From Dehalococcoidia bacterium (GTDB taxonomy: Bacteria; Chloroflexota; Dehalococcoidia; UBA2979), in the NCBI GenBank assembly GCA_964291495.2, contig OZ219870.1, forward strand, positions 1 through 31,654: a DNA stretch of 31,654 bases. Direction: 5' to 3'. Made by a program: the position numbers and the translations under genes. Of this stretch, positions 1 to 9,264 are shown piece after piece (within the stretch, counting starts at the first letter, position 1; each line of letters opens with the position of its first letter). The notes under the pieces are model-generated. The model was not told where the DNA came from, did not search any database, and was given only the letters and a program-made list of their open reading frames with translations.

Positions 1-116
1 GGGCGGGGGTGAGGGGGAAGACTCCCGCGCTCCTCCGAACGCCCCGATGGCGCACCGCAATCCCGGAGGGCGGACCTCCCTCACCCTTACCCTCTCCCTC
101 GGGGAGAGGGGACCGG
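1..116 (-). repeat. Composite REP/BIME-like element (partial; inverted copy of 7001-7117)
   Basis: Reverse complement aligns closely by eye with 7001-7117 and 21673-21787; contains the hairpin CCCTCTCCCtcgGGGAGAGGG within 78-111. Confidence 0.9.
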
Positions 117-139
117 AGGGAGACGAAAAGCCGCGAGGC

Positions 140-391
140 TCAGGCGACGGCGTCGGCCGGGGGCTCGAGCAGGGCGCCCTCGAGCACCAACTCGATGGTC
201 ATGGTGTGGGCGCAGGCCCGGCGATGCACAAAAAAGTCGCAGCTGCACTGCCAGCGGCCGTGCTCGAGGCGCACCTCGTGGGTGCTGTTGTCTCCGGCCA
301 CCGAGACCGTCAGCTGCGTGACATGGAGGCGGTCCCGCTCGCGTGCGTAGCGGTGCGCCTTTGCGACCTTCCCGATCATCCCGGACTCCAT
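140..391 (-). CDS. Small SWIM-type zinc-finger protein (83 aa)
   Basis: ATG at 391 preceded by GAAGGA; MESGMIGKVAKAHRYARE...WQCSCDFFVHRRACAH has the CxC-x(n)-CxH SWIM pattern. It is the 3' part of ORF 140..1060. Confidence 0.8.
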   Translation of the reverse strand: MESGMIGKVAKAHRYARERDRLHVTQLTVSVAGDNSTHEVRLEHGRWQCSCDFFVHRRACAHTMTIELVLEGALLEPPADAVA

Positions 392-519
392 CTGCCGTCC
401 TTCTTCGCGGGGCGTCTGGACACACGAGCGCCGCGGCCCGGCCGCGGCGCAATCAGGGTTTTCCGTCGGCGTGCTCACCCATCGCCATGAGCCTAGAATC
501 GCTCCCGCCCGCGAGTCAA

Positions 520-1095
520 CTACCCGCGCCCCGAACCGCCCCGGAACCGCGCCAGCGCGCGGTAGCGCGGGCCCTCGGGACGCAGCCAGGAGCGCACCAG
601 CACCAGCTCGCGCGCGACGACCGGCGCGGGCGCGGGCGGCGCGAGCGAACGCACCGAGGCGGCGATCGCGCGCCGCTCGGGGCCCCGCGCCTGGCGGCGC
701 ACGCGCGCGATCGTGAGGTGTGCGCGCAGCTCGCGGCGCTCTTCCGGCAGCCCGGCGGCGACGACCGCTTCCTCCGCACGCGCGGCCAGCGCGCGCAAGC
801 CTTCCAGATCGCCGCCCACTCCCAGCCAGACCGCTCCGCCGCGCGAGCCGCCGAACATCCCGGCCGCGCCGAGTTCGAGCGGAACGTCGACGGGTGGGAC
901 GGCCTCGCGCAGCGCCGCCTCGAGCGGCGCCAGCCGTTCCTCGGCGACCTCGCCGAGGAAGCGCAGCGTGAGGTGCAGCAACTCCGGCCGCACGGGGCGC
1001 AGCAGACCCGGGTGCTGCTCGTCGAGCGTCGCAAGCGCCCCGGCGGCGGCGCGCCGCCACGCCTCGGGCGGTTCGATCGCGAGGAAGAGCCGCAC
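520..1095 (-). CDS. thpR: RNA 2',3'-cyclic phosphodiesterase (2H phosphoesterase)
   Basis: Starts (V/M)RLFLAI; two HxT motifs (LHLTLRFLG, AHLTIAR); GTG start at 1095 inferred. Confidence 0.9.
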   Translation of the reverse strand: MRLFLAIEPPEAWRRAAAGALATLDEQHPGLLRPVRPELLHLTLRFLGEVAEERLAPLEAALREAVPPVDVPLELGAAGMFGGSRGGAVWLGVGGDLEGLRALAARAEEAVVAAGLPEERRELRAHLTIARVRRQARGPERRAIAASVRSLAPPAPAPVVARELVLVRSWLRPEGPRYRALARFRGGSGRG

Positions 1096-1177
1096 GCTCA
1101 GCTTTCCCGCTGCAAGGGGCGACTGCGGAGGTCCGAGCGCTGCTGGACGTAGCGGAACTCCACCGGCGGCCGCACCC

Positions 1178-2011
1178 TCAGCCGAGTCCCAGGAAGCGCG
1201 CGGCGTTGCCGCCGAGCAGCGCCTCACGCAGCGCCGGGTCGGCGACGGCCGCGCGCACGGCCTCGAGGTCGCGGTCCTGCGCGCGCAGCGGGTAGTCCGA
1301 GCCCCACATCACCAGCTCCGGGCCGGCCAGCTCCGCCACCGCCTCGAAGACGCGCGGCTCGTAGAGCAGCGCGCTGGCGGCCGAGTCGAACGCGAGCCGG
1401 CCCTCGGCGAGCCGCGCGCGCACCTCCGGCATCAGCGCGAAGAAGGGGAAGCCGCCGCCCCAGTGCCCCGCGATCACGCGCAGTGTTCCCGCCTCGAGCA
1501 GCCGCCACAGCCCGCCGGGCGTGAAGCCCCCGCCCTTGCCGCCGTAGGCGTGTCCGACCGGCTCCGAGGCATGCACGAGCAGCGGCAGCTCCAGCCCGTC
1601 CGTGACCTCGGCCAGCCAGGCCGCCGCCTCGTCCTCGTCCCGCTCGCCGGGCCGCACCTCGCCGAGGCCGCGCGCGCCAGCCGCGGCGTAGTCGCGCGCA
1701 CGCGCACGTGCATCGCCGTCCTCGAAGGCGATCGGCACGAAGGGCAGTAGCCGGCCGTCCGCCTCGGCAGCCGCGTTCAGCAGGTATTCGGCGTGTTCCC
1801 CGGCGTGTCCGGGATCACGCCACCAGAAGCCGGCGGCGACCGTGCGGTCCACAACCGCGCCCTCCATCGAGGCCAGCAGCGCGGCCGCGCTGGCCATGCG
1901 CGCGCGGGCGTCGCCGTAGAGCGCGGCGAAGCCGGCGTCGGCGCGCGCGAGCTCCTCGCGGCGCGCGATCATCGCCGGCGGGAAGACGTGGCTATGGACA
2001 TCGACGATCAT
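1178..2011 (-). CDS. Amidohydrolase family (Amidohydro_2-like) protein
   Basis: MIVDVHSHVFP (HxH), GLGEV, LVHASE, IAGHWGG, WGSDYP motifs. TACGAT lies 7 nt upstream of the ATG at 2011 (alternative start 2020). Confidence 0.88.
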   Translation of the reverse strand: MIVDVHSHVFPPAMIARREELARADAGFAALYGDARARMASAAALLASMEGAVVDRTVAAGFWWRDPGHAGEHAEYLLNAAAEADGRLLPFVPIAFEDGDARARARDYAAAGARGLGEVRPGERDEDEAAAWLAEVTDGLELPLLVHASEPVGHAYGGKGGGFTPGGLWRLLEAGTLRVIAGHWGGGFPFFALMPEVRARLAEGRLAFDSAASALLYEPRVFEAVAELAGPELVMWGSDYPLRAQDRDLEAVRAAVADPALREALLGGNAARFLGLG

Positions 2012-2018
2012 CCGGGGC

Positions 2019-2028
2019 ATCGTACGAT
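2019..2028. promoter_or_regulatory. Palindromic ATCGTACGAT giving a -10-like TACGAT on both strands
   Basis: Perfect 10-bp palindrome between the divergent amidohydrolase and scpB genes. Confidence 0.45.
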
Positions 2029-2083
2029 GGAAGCGGTAGTCCGCTTGCAGCAGGCCTCTCCCCGCCGTCCGACCGGGACCCCG

Positions 2084-2917
2084 ATGGCTGACGAACCGGC
2101 CGCCGAAGCCACCGCCCGGGCCCCCGCGCCCGATCCCGCGCAGCTGCGCGCGCTCGTCGAGGCGCTGCTCTTCGTCTCCGACGGACCGGTCGCGATCGGC
2201 GCGCTCGCACGCACGCTCGACGTCACCCCGCGCCGCATCGAGCTCACCCTCGAGGCCCTCGAGGGCACGCTGGAGGGACACGGCGTGCAGCTGCAACAGG
2301 GCCCGGAGGGCGTGCAGCTGGTCACCGCGCCCGAGGCCGCCGAGATCGTGGAGCACTTCCTCGGGCTGGAGTCGGCGCGGCGGCTCTCGACGGCGGCGCT
2401 GGAGACGCTGGCCGTGATCGCCTACCGCCAGCCGGTGACGCGCGCCGCGATCGAGGCGATCCGCGGGACCAGCAGCGACCACGTGCTGGCCACGCTGCGG
2501 GCGCGCGGGCTGATCGAGCGCGTCGGCCGCGCCGCCGGTCCGGGCCGCCCCTCGCTCTACGGCACGACGCAGCGCTTCCTCGAGCACTTCGGCCTGCTCC
2601 GCGCCTCCGAGTTGCCCGGCCTCGACGAGTTCGCCGAGCGCCTGGGCGTCGCCCCGCCCGCGGAGCAGGCGGCGCTGCCCGACGGACAGACGGCGGCCGA
2701 CGGCGCACCGCCACCCGAGGACGGTGCCGCAACGTCGGAGTTCGACAAGCCGACATCCGGAGCGGCGGGCCCTCCGGACGAGGACGGCGCGGACGCGGCG
2801 CGCCTCGCCGCCACGTCGGAGTTCGATGAGCCGTTGGCCGAGGCGGCGGACTCGCCTCCGGACGGGGACGGCTCCGCCGACGCCGCGGAGCCTCGCCAGC
2901 CCTCGCTCGGGCTCTAG
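2084..2917 (+). CDS. scpB: SMC-ScpAB condensin subunit ScpB with acidic low-complexity C-terminal tail
   Basis: LVEALLFVS, LSTAALETLAVIAYRQPVTRAAIEAIRG and GRPSLYGTTQRFLEHFGL are ScpB signatures. Start 2084 (or 2027). Confidence 0.93.
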   Translation: MADEPAAEATARAPAPDPAQLRALVEALLFVSDGPVAIGALARTLDVTPRRIELTLEALEGTLEGHGVQLQQGPEGVQLVTAPEAAEIVEHFLGLESARRLSTAALETLAVIAYRQPVTRAAIEAIRGTSSDHVLATLRARGLIERVGRAAGPGRPSLYGTTQRFLEHFGLLRASELPGLDEFAERLGVAPPAEQAALPDGQTAADGAPPPEDGAATSEFDKPTSGAAGPPDEDGADAARLAATSEFDEPLAEAADSPPDGDGSADAAEPRQPSLGL

Positions 2918-2938
2918 GCGCGCGCGGCGGGGCCGACG

Positions 2939-3241
2939 ATGGTCACGATCAGCGTGCTGCTGACGCTGCACCTGCCCGGCGTGCGCAGCCTCAAGGAGAA
3001 GCGCGCCGTCGTGCGCTCGCTGACCGCGCGGCTGCGCGGGCGGCTCGAGCTCAGCGCCGCCGAGGTGGGCGCGCAGGATCAGTCGCAACGCGCGCTGATC
3101 GGCTTCGCGGTCGTCTCCGGCGACATCGCGACCGCGCGGCGGCTGGCCGACGAGGCGCAGCGCTTCGCCGGCCGCGAACTGCTCGGCCGCGCCGAGATCG
3201 TCGACCGCGCGATCGAGGAGTCCGTGCTGCACGACGACTGA
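2939..3241 (+). CDS. DUF503 (YlxP-like) protein
   Basis: LHLPGVRSLKEKRAVVRSL...SAAEVGAQD...IGFAVVSGD matches DUF503. Confidence 0.88.
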   Translation: MVTISVLLTLHLPGVRSLKEKRAVVRSLTARLRGRLELSAAEVGAQDQSQRALIGFAVVSGDIATARRLADEAQRFAGRELLGRAEIVDRAIEESVLHDD

Positions 3242-3252
3242 GCCGCGACCCC

Positions 3253-4419
3253 TCAGCCCGCGCGCACCACCTCGCCGGCCTCACCGCCCGCGCCTTCCGC
3301 GGAGAGCGGGCAGACGCCGCAGCCGCCGCGCCGGCACCACAGGTCCTGCAGGTGCAGCAACCCCTGGGCGTGCAGCGCGCCCGCCCCGCGCGCCGGCGGG
3401 CCGAGCAGCCGGCGCAGCGCGAGCGTGCGGCCGTAGGGGCGCGGCGCCGGCCAGGCCTCGATCAGCGCCGCGCTGTGGCGCGCCAGCGCGAGATCGCCGA
3501 AGGCCGCCGCCTGCGCCGCGAGCAGCGGCAGCGCGGCGTTCCAGCCCAGCTCCACCGCGCGCCCGCGACCGATCAGCCGCTCCCCGCGCAGCGCCTCGAT
3601 CAGCGGCCGTGGCCGGGCGGCGGCAGCCAGCTCCGCGAGGCGGCGCAGCGGCTCGCCGCCGAGGGCGCGAGCGATCGCCGCGGCCAGCGCGAGGCGCGCC
3701 TCGGGTGTCTCGCGGCGGCGGCCGGCCGAGGACTCCAGCGCGCGCAACAGCAGCCGCACCCAAGCCCCGTGCCAGCCGTGCCCGGCGGCCAGCGCGTCGG
3801 CGCGCCAGACCAGCTCCGCCATGCGCCGCCGCCCCTCGGCGCGCAGCAGCGCGGTGGTCTCCTCGGAACCGCGCAGTGCGGCAGGGCCGGCGCAGGGCTC
3901 TGTCCCGCGGGGACCGAGCCGCAAGAGCTCGCGCAGCCGTGCGGGATCGCCGCCCAGCGCCGGAGCGACGGCGCTGGTGGGCGCGAACCCGCCGCCCGGC
4001 AGCGGCTGCGGCCCGCCGGGCTCCGGGCGGTCGTCGACCCAGACGAGGTGCAGCACGAGCGCGCCGTAGGCCGGATCACGGTCGTGGCCGTGGCGCACGA
4101 AGTCGCTGGCCCGGAGGTGCACCTCCACCGGGCCGCCGCGCACGACGCCCTCGGGCAGCAGGAACGCCGCCTCGCGCACGTCCGGACCGGGCCCGCGCCC
4201 GGCGCGGCCGGGCCGCAGCAGCGGCCAGGGCAGCACTCCGGGCGGCGTCCGGCCAAGCAGCCAGAGCGCGACCAGCTCGTGCTCCAGCAGCCGCCCGTCC
4301 GCCGCCTCCGCGGACGGCGCCTCGAGGCGCGGCCGCTGCCGGTAGGGCGGCGGGACGGACTCGCGCACGGCGGGCGCCGCCGGCCGCAGCGATGCTTCGG
4401 TGATCGCCGCTGCGCTCAT
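3253..4419 (-). CDS. DUF2851 family protein
   Basis: PGRAGRGPGPDVREA...GGPVEVHLRASDFVRHGHDRDPAYGALVLHLVW and C-terminal AQGLLHLQDLWCRRGGCGVCPL. ATG overlaps the upstream stop (ATGA). Confidence 0.8.
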   Translation of the reverse strand: MSAAAITEASLRPAAPAVRESVPPPYRQRPRLEAPSAEAADGRLLEHELVALWLLGRTPPGVLPWPLLRPGRAGRGPGPDVREAAFLLPEGVVRGGPVEVHLRASDFVRHGHDRDPAYGALVLHLVWVDDRPEPGGPQPLPGGGFAPTSAVAPALGGDPARLRELLRLGPRGTEPCAGPAALRGSEETTALLRAEGRRRMAELVWRADALAAGHGWHGAWVRLLLRALESSAGRRRETPEARLALAAAIARALGGEPLRRLAELAAAARPRPLIEALRGERLIGRGRAVELGWNAALPLLAAQAAAFGDLALARHSAALIEAWPAPRPYGRTLALRRLLGPPARGAGALHAQGLLHLQDLWCRRGGCGVCPLSAEGAGGEAGEVVRAG

Positions 4420-4718
4420 CGTTCGGGGCCGTCCGTCCCGCCCTCCGCATCCGGGGCGCCGTCGAGGCGGTAGAAGCCGGTCTGGTCGGCGACGAGCTGC
4501 AGCAGCCGCCGCGCCATCCGCCGCGGCTGGCGCGCGCGCCGCTCCCACTCGGAGACGGTCTGCTGGTTCGTGCCGATGCGATCCGCGAACTGGCGCTGCG
4601 TCTCGCCGAGGTGGCGGCGCAGCGCGCGCACGTCTTCCGGACGCCACTCGCGCTCGCCCGGCGGCGGATAGCGGTACCGGCGGGACTGATCGCCGTAGCG
4701 AGGCTCCTGCTCCGTCAT
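4416..4718 (-). CDS. XRE/Cro-family helix-turn-helix protein
   Basis: VRALRRHLGETQRQFADRIGTNQQTVSEWERRARQP is a classic HTH_3 pattern. Confidence 0.9.
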   Translation of the reverse strand: MTEQEPRYGDQSRRYRYPPPGEREWRPEDVRALRRHLGETQRQFADRIGTNQQTVSEWERRARQPRRMARRLLQLVADQTGFYRLDGAPDAEGGTDGPER

Positions 4719-4787
4719 CCTCGGGCCTGCTCCCGCCAGTGCCGCGCTGCCGCCGCAGGATACACGAATTCATGTAGCGCCGTCACG

Positions 4788-4814
4788 CTAGCACTCTAAC
4801 GGGGAGAGTGCTAA
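4788..4814 (+). promoter_or_regulatory. CIRCE element (HrcA operator), overlapping a probable extended -10 (TGcTAAGAT, 4809-4817)
   Basis: CTAGCACTC-N9-GAGTGCTAA, one mismatch to TTAGCACTC-N9-GAGTGCTAA, directly upstream of groES. Confidence 0.95.
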
Positions 4815-4870
4815 GATTCGGCGCGAACAGATCGCAGAACATCGAAACAGGCAATCGGGAGGACAGTGAA

Positions 4871-5173
4871 TTGAGTACTTCAGTCGTGCCCCTGACGGAC
4901 CACATCGTGCTGCAGTCCGTCAAGGAAGAGGAGATCACGGCGTCCGGGCTGGTGATTCCGGACTCCGCGAAGGAGAAGCCGCAGCACGGCCACGTCGTCG
5001 CCGTGGGCCCCGGCAAGACCAATGACGCCGGCGTCGTGGAGACCATGGAGCTCGATGCGGGCGACCGCGTGCTCTACCAGAAGTACACGGGCCAGGACAT
5101 CACCGTCGACAACGTCGAGTACATCATCATCCGCTTCCAGGACGTGCTCGCCAAGCTCGTCGACGGAAAGTAG
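4871..5173 (+). CDS. groES: Co-chaperonin GroES
   Basis: PLTDHIVL...TASGLVIPDSAKEKPQHGHVVAVGPG...GDRVLYQKYTG; TTG start after GGAGG (4858-4862). Confidence 0.96.
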   Translation: MSTSVVPLTDHIVLQSVKEEEITASGLVIPDSAKEKPQHGHVVAVGPGKTNDAGVVETMELDAGDRVLYQKYTGQDITVDNVEYIIIRFQDVLAKLVDGK

Positions 5174-6865
<1,692 letters not shown>

Positions 6866-6892
6866 CCGCGCCCACAGGAACGAGTACGCCAG

Positions 6893-6918
6893 CGGGCCGC
6901 CCAGTGGGCGGCCCGTTC
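6893..6918 (+). terminator. Strong GC hairpin after groEL (probable terminator)
   Basis: CGGGCCGCCCA-G-TGGGCGGCCCG inverted repeat followed by TTC; core repeated at 6929-6944. Confidence 0.55.
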
Positions 6919-6956
6919 GCTTGCCTGCGCCGCCCAGTGGGCGGACCGTTTGCGTG

Positions 6957-7171
6957 GAGACCGTTGCGAACCCTCTCCTCAGGGCAGCGAGCGCATCCCT
7001 TCCGGTCCCCGCTCCCTCGGGGAGAGGGTTAGGGTGAGGGAGGGTCCACTCTCCGGAATTGCGTTGCACCATCGGGGCTCTCGGAGGCGCGCGGGAGTCC
7101 TCCCCTCACCCCCGCCCTCTCCCCAGGGAGAGGGAGCCGGATCGGGCTTGTGGGAGTTTCGCAGAGGTCTC
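6957..7171. mobile_element. MITE-like element: terminal inverted repeats enclosing two inverted REP-like units
   Basis: Left end GAGACCGTTGCGAA (6957-6970); right end TTCGCAGAGGTCTC (7158-7171), 12/14 complementary. Internal REP units at 7007-7040 and 7103-7134. No coding capacity. Confidence 0.65.
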
Positions 7172-7203
7172 CGTTGGCTGTGCCCCCCGGCGGACCGCCG
7201 TCG

Positions 7204-8490
7204 TTAGTCCGCGAGCCGCAGCGCCTCCTCCAGCTCGCCGCCGTCGGCAATCGGTCCGATCGCCGCGAGCTGCAGGCGATCGCCGCGCACGAGGCGTTGC
7301 GCCACGCGCTCGACGTCCTCGAGCGTGACGCGCTCGAAGCCGGCGATCGCCTCCTCCGGCTGGCGCAGCGGCAGCCCGAGGGCGAGCCGCGAGCCGTGCC
7401 AGGCGGAGACGGAGCGGGTGTCCTCCAGCTGCAGCTGGATCCGCGATCGCACCACCTGCTTGGCGCGCGCCAGCTCGCCCGGCTCGATCGGCGAGCGCAG
7501 GCAGCCGAGCGCGGCCACAATCTCGCGCACCGTCTCCGCCGCGTTGGCGGGATCGACGCCCGCGTGGACGGAGAACGCGCCGGTGTCGCGCAGGTACGAG
7601 GCCGCGCTGTGCACGTCGTAGCAGAGCCCCAGCTCCTCGCGCAGGCGCAGGAACAGCCGCGAGGACATCCCCTCGCCGAGCACGATCGAGAGCAGCGCGA
7701 GGGCGTGGCGGTCCTCGTCTCGCGAGTCCAGGCCGCGCAGGCCGAGCGCGAGGTGCGCCTGCTCCGTCTCCTTGCGCAGCAGCCGCAGGCCCGGGCCGGC
7801 GGGCGCGTCTCCGGCGCGGACCCAGTCGGCCGGCTCGCCGGCCGGCCAGTCGCCGACGGCGCTCGCGGTCCGGGCGCGCGCCTCGCCGGCCGGCAGCGCC
7901 CCGGCGATCGAGATCACGACCGAGTTGGAGACGTACTGGTCGCTGTAGTAGCCGCGCAGCCGATCCGCGGAGAGCGCCCCGATCGACCGGGGCGCGCCCG
8001 CGATGTCGCGTCCCAGCGGCTCGCCCGGCCAGAGCAGCCCGTCCAGCAGCACGCTCACCTGCTCGTCCGGCGCGTCCTCGACGCCCGCGAGCTCCTCGAG
8101 GATCACGCCGCGCTCGCGCTCGATCTCCTCCTCGCGGCAGAGCGAGCCGCGCAGCATGTCGATGAGCAGATCGAGCGCCTCGGCGAAGCGATCGGGCGTG
8201 ACCTTGCCGTAGTAGACGGTCAGCTCGCGATCGGTGGCGGCGTTGATCGAGCCGCCGAGGCCGTCGATCGCGGCCGCCACGTGGCGCGGTCCGGGGCGGC
8301 GCTCCGTGCCCTTGAAGCAGAGGTGCTCGACAAAGTGCGAGATGCCGGCGTCGCCGGGCGATGCCTCGTAGCGCTGCCCGGCTCTGACGTAGATCGAGAT
8401 CGAGACGGAGCGCGCGTGGGGGAGCTCGCTGAGCACGAGCTGCATGCCGTTGTCGAGCGTCGAAACCTGTGGCCGCGAATCAACGCTCAT
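7204..8490 (-). CDS. M16 family (pitrilysin-like) zinc peptidase
   Basis: GISHFVEHLCFKGT (HxxEH inverzincin motif), INAAT, ERGVILEE, GMSSRLFLRLREELGLCY. Confidence 0.95.
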   Translation of the reverse strand: MSVDSRPQVSTLDNGMQLVLSELPHARSVSISIYVRAGQRYEASPGDAGISHFVEHLCFKGTERRPGPRHVAAAIDGLGGSINAATDRELTVYYGKVTPDRFAEALDLLIDMLRGSLCREEEIERERGVILEELAGVEDAPDEQVSVLLDGLLWPGEPLGRDIAGAPRSIGALSADRLRGYYSDQYVSNSVVISIAGALPAGEARARTASAVGDWPAGEPADWVRAGDAPAGPGLRLLRKETEQAHLALGLRGLDSRDEDRHALALLSIVLGEGMSSRLFLRLREELGLCYDVHSAASYLRDTGAFSVHAGVDPANAAETVREIVAALGCLRSPIEPGELARAKQVVRSRIQLQLEDTRSVSAWHGSRLALGLPLRQPEEAIAGFERVTLEDVERVAQRLVRGDRLQLAAIGPIADGGELEEALRLAD

Positions 8491-8604
8491 CGCACGGCTC
8501 CTCGCCCGCGCCGCCGCCGAGCGGAGGCGCGATGGCGAATCCTAGGGAGCCATTCGCCAGTAGTCCATCGCCCCGCGGCACGGCCGATCGAGGCGACGGA
8601 ACCG

Positions 8605-9264
8605 TCAGGATTCCAGCCAGAGCACGTCGCCGTGCAGGTCCGGATCATGCTCGCGGGAGGCGAACACCTCGTACTCGCTCCGCGACTCGCCGATCGTCGT
8701 GCCCGTTCCGTGCCCCGGCAGCACCAGCGTCTCGTCCGGCAGCGGGTAGAGCCGCGAGGTGATCGAGGCGATCTCCTGCTGCAACAGCTCGTTCGAGCGC
8801 GAGGCGCCGGGACCGCCGGGGAAGAGCGTGTCGCCGCTGAACAGCGCCCCGCCGAGCAGCAGGCAGATCGAGCCGGGCGTGTGCCCCGGCGTGTGGACCA
8901 CGCGCATCGTCGCGTCCCCGATCGCGATCTCCGCGCCGTCGGCGAGACGCTCGACGCTGCGCGCGGGGTCGATGTCGGTCTCCTCGGCGCCGGCGTAGAC
9001 AGGCGCGTCGATCGCCGCGCGCATCACGTCGAAGCCGTCCCAGTGATCGCGGTGCGAGTGCGTCACGACGACGCGCTCGACCGGATCGTCGCCGAGCGCT
9101 TCGAGGACGACCTCGTAGCCGGCAGGCACGTCGATCAGCGTCGCCCTGCCGCCGCCGGCCGGCCGCACGATGTAGGCGCTGTTCCCGTACGGGCCGACGT
9201 CGGTGAGCATCTCGATTGTCACCTCGCCGTCGTCGTAGACGATGCGGTCGCCGGACTCAGCCAT
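8605..9264 (-). CDS. MBL-fold metallo-hydrolase (glyoxalase II-like)
   Basis: VTHSHRDHWDG, HTPGHTPGSIC, FSGDTLF, PGHG motifs; GGGAGGG upstream. Confidence 0.93.
   Translation of the reverse strand: MAESGDRIVYDDGEVTIEMLTDVGPYGNSAYIVRPAGGGRATLIDVPAGYEVVLEALGDDPVERVVVTHSHRDHWDGFDVMRAAIDAPVYAGAEETDIDPARSVERLADGAEIAIGDATMRVVHTPGHTPGSICLLLGGALFSGDTLFPGGPGASRSNELLQQEIASITSRLYPLPDETLVLPGHGTGTTIGESRSEYEVFASREHDPDLHGDVLWLES

Noticed and set aside
2012-3232. N-terminal extension of the amidohydrolase ORF (684 aa)
   Set aside because: Overlaps scpB and DUF503 antisense; the HxH motif marks the true N-terminus near 2011.
4808-4870. GroES N-terminal extension from GTG 4808
   Set aside because: That codon lies inside CIRCE; the SD supports TTG 4871.
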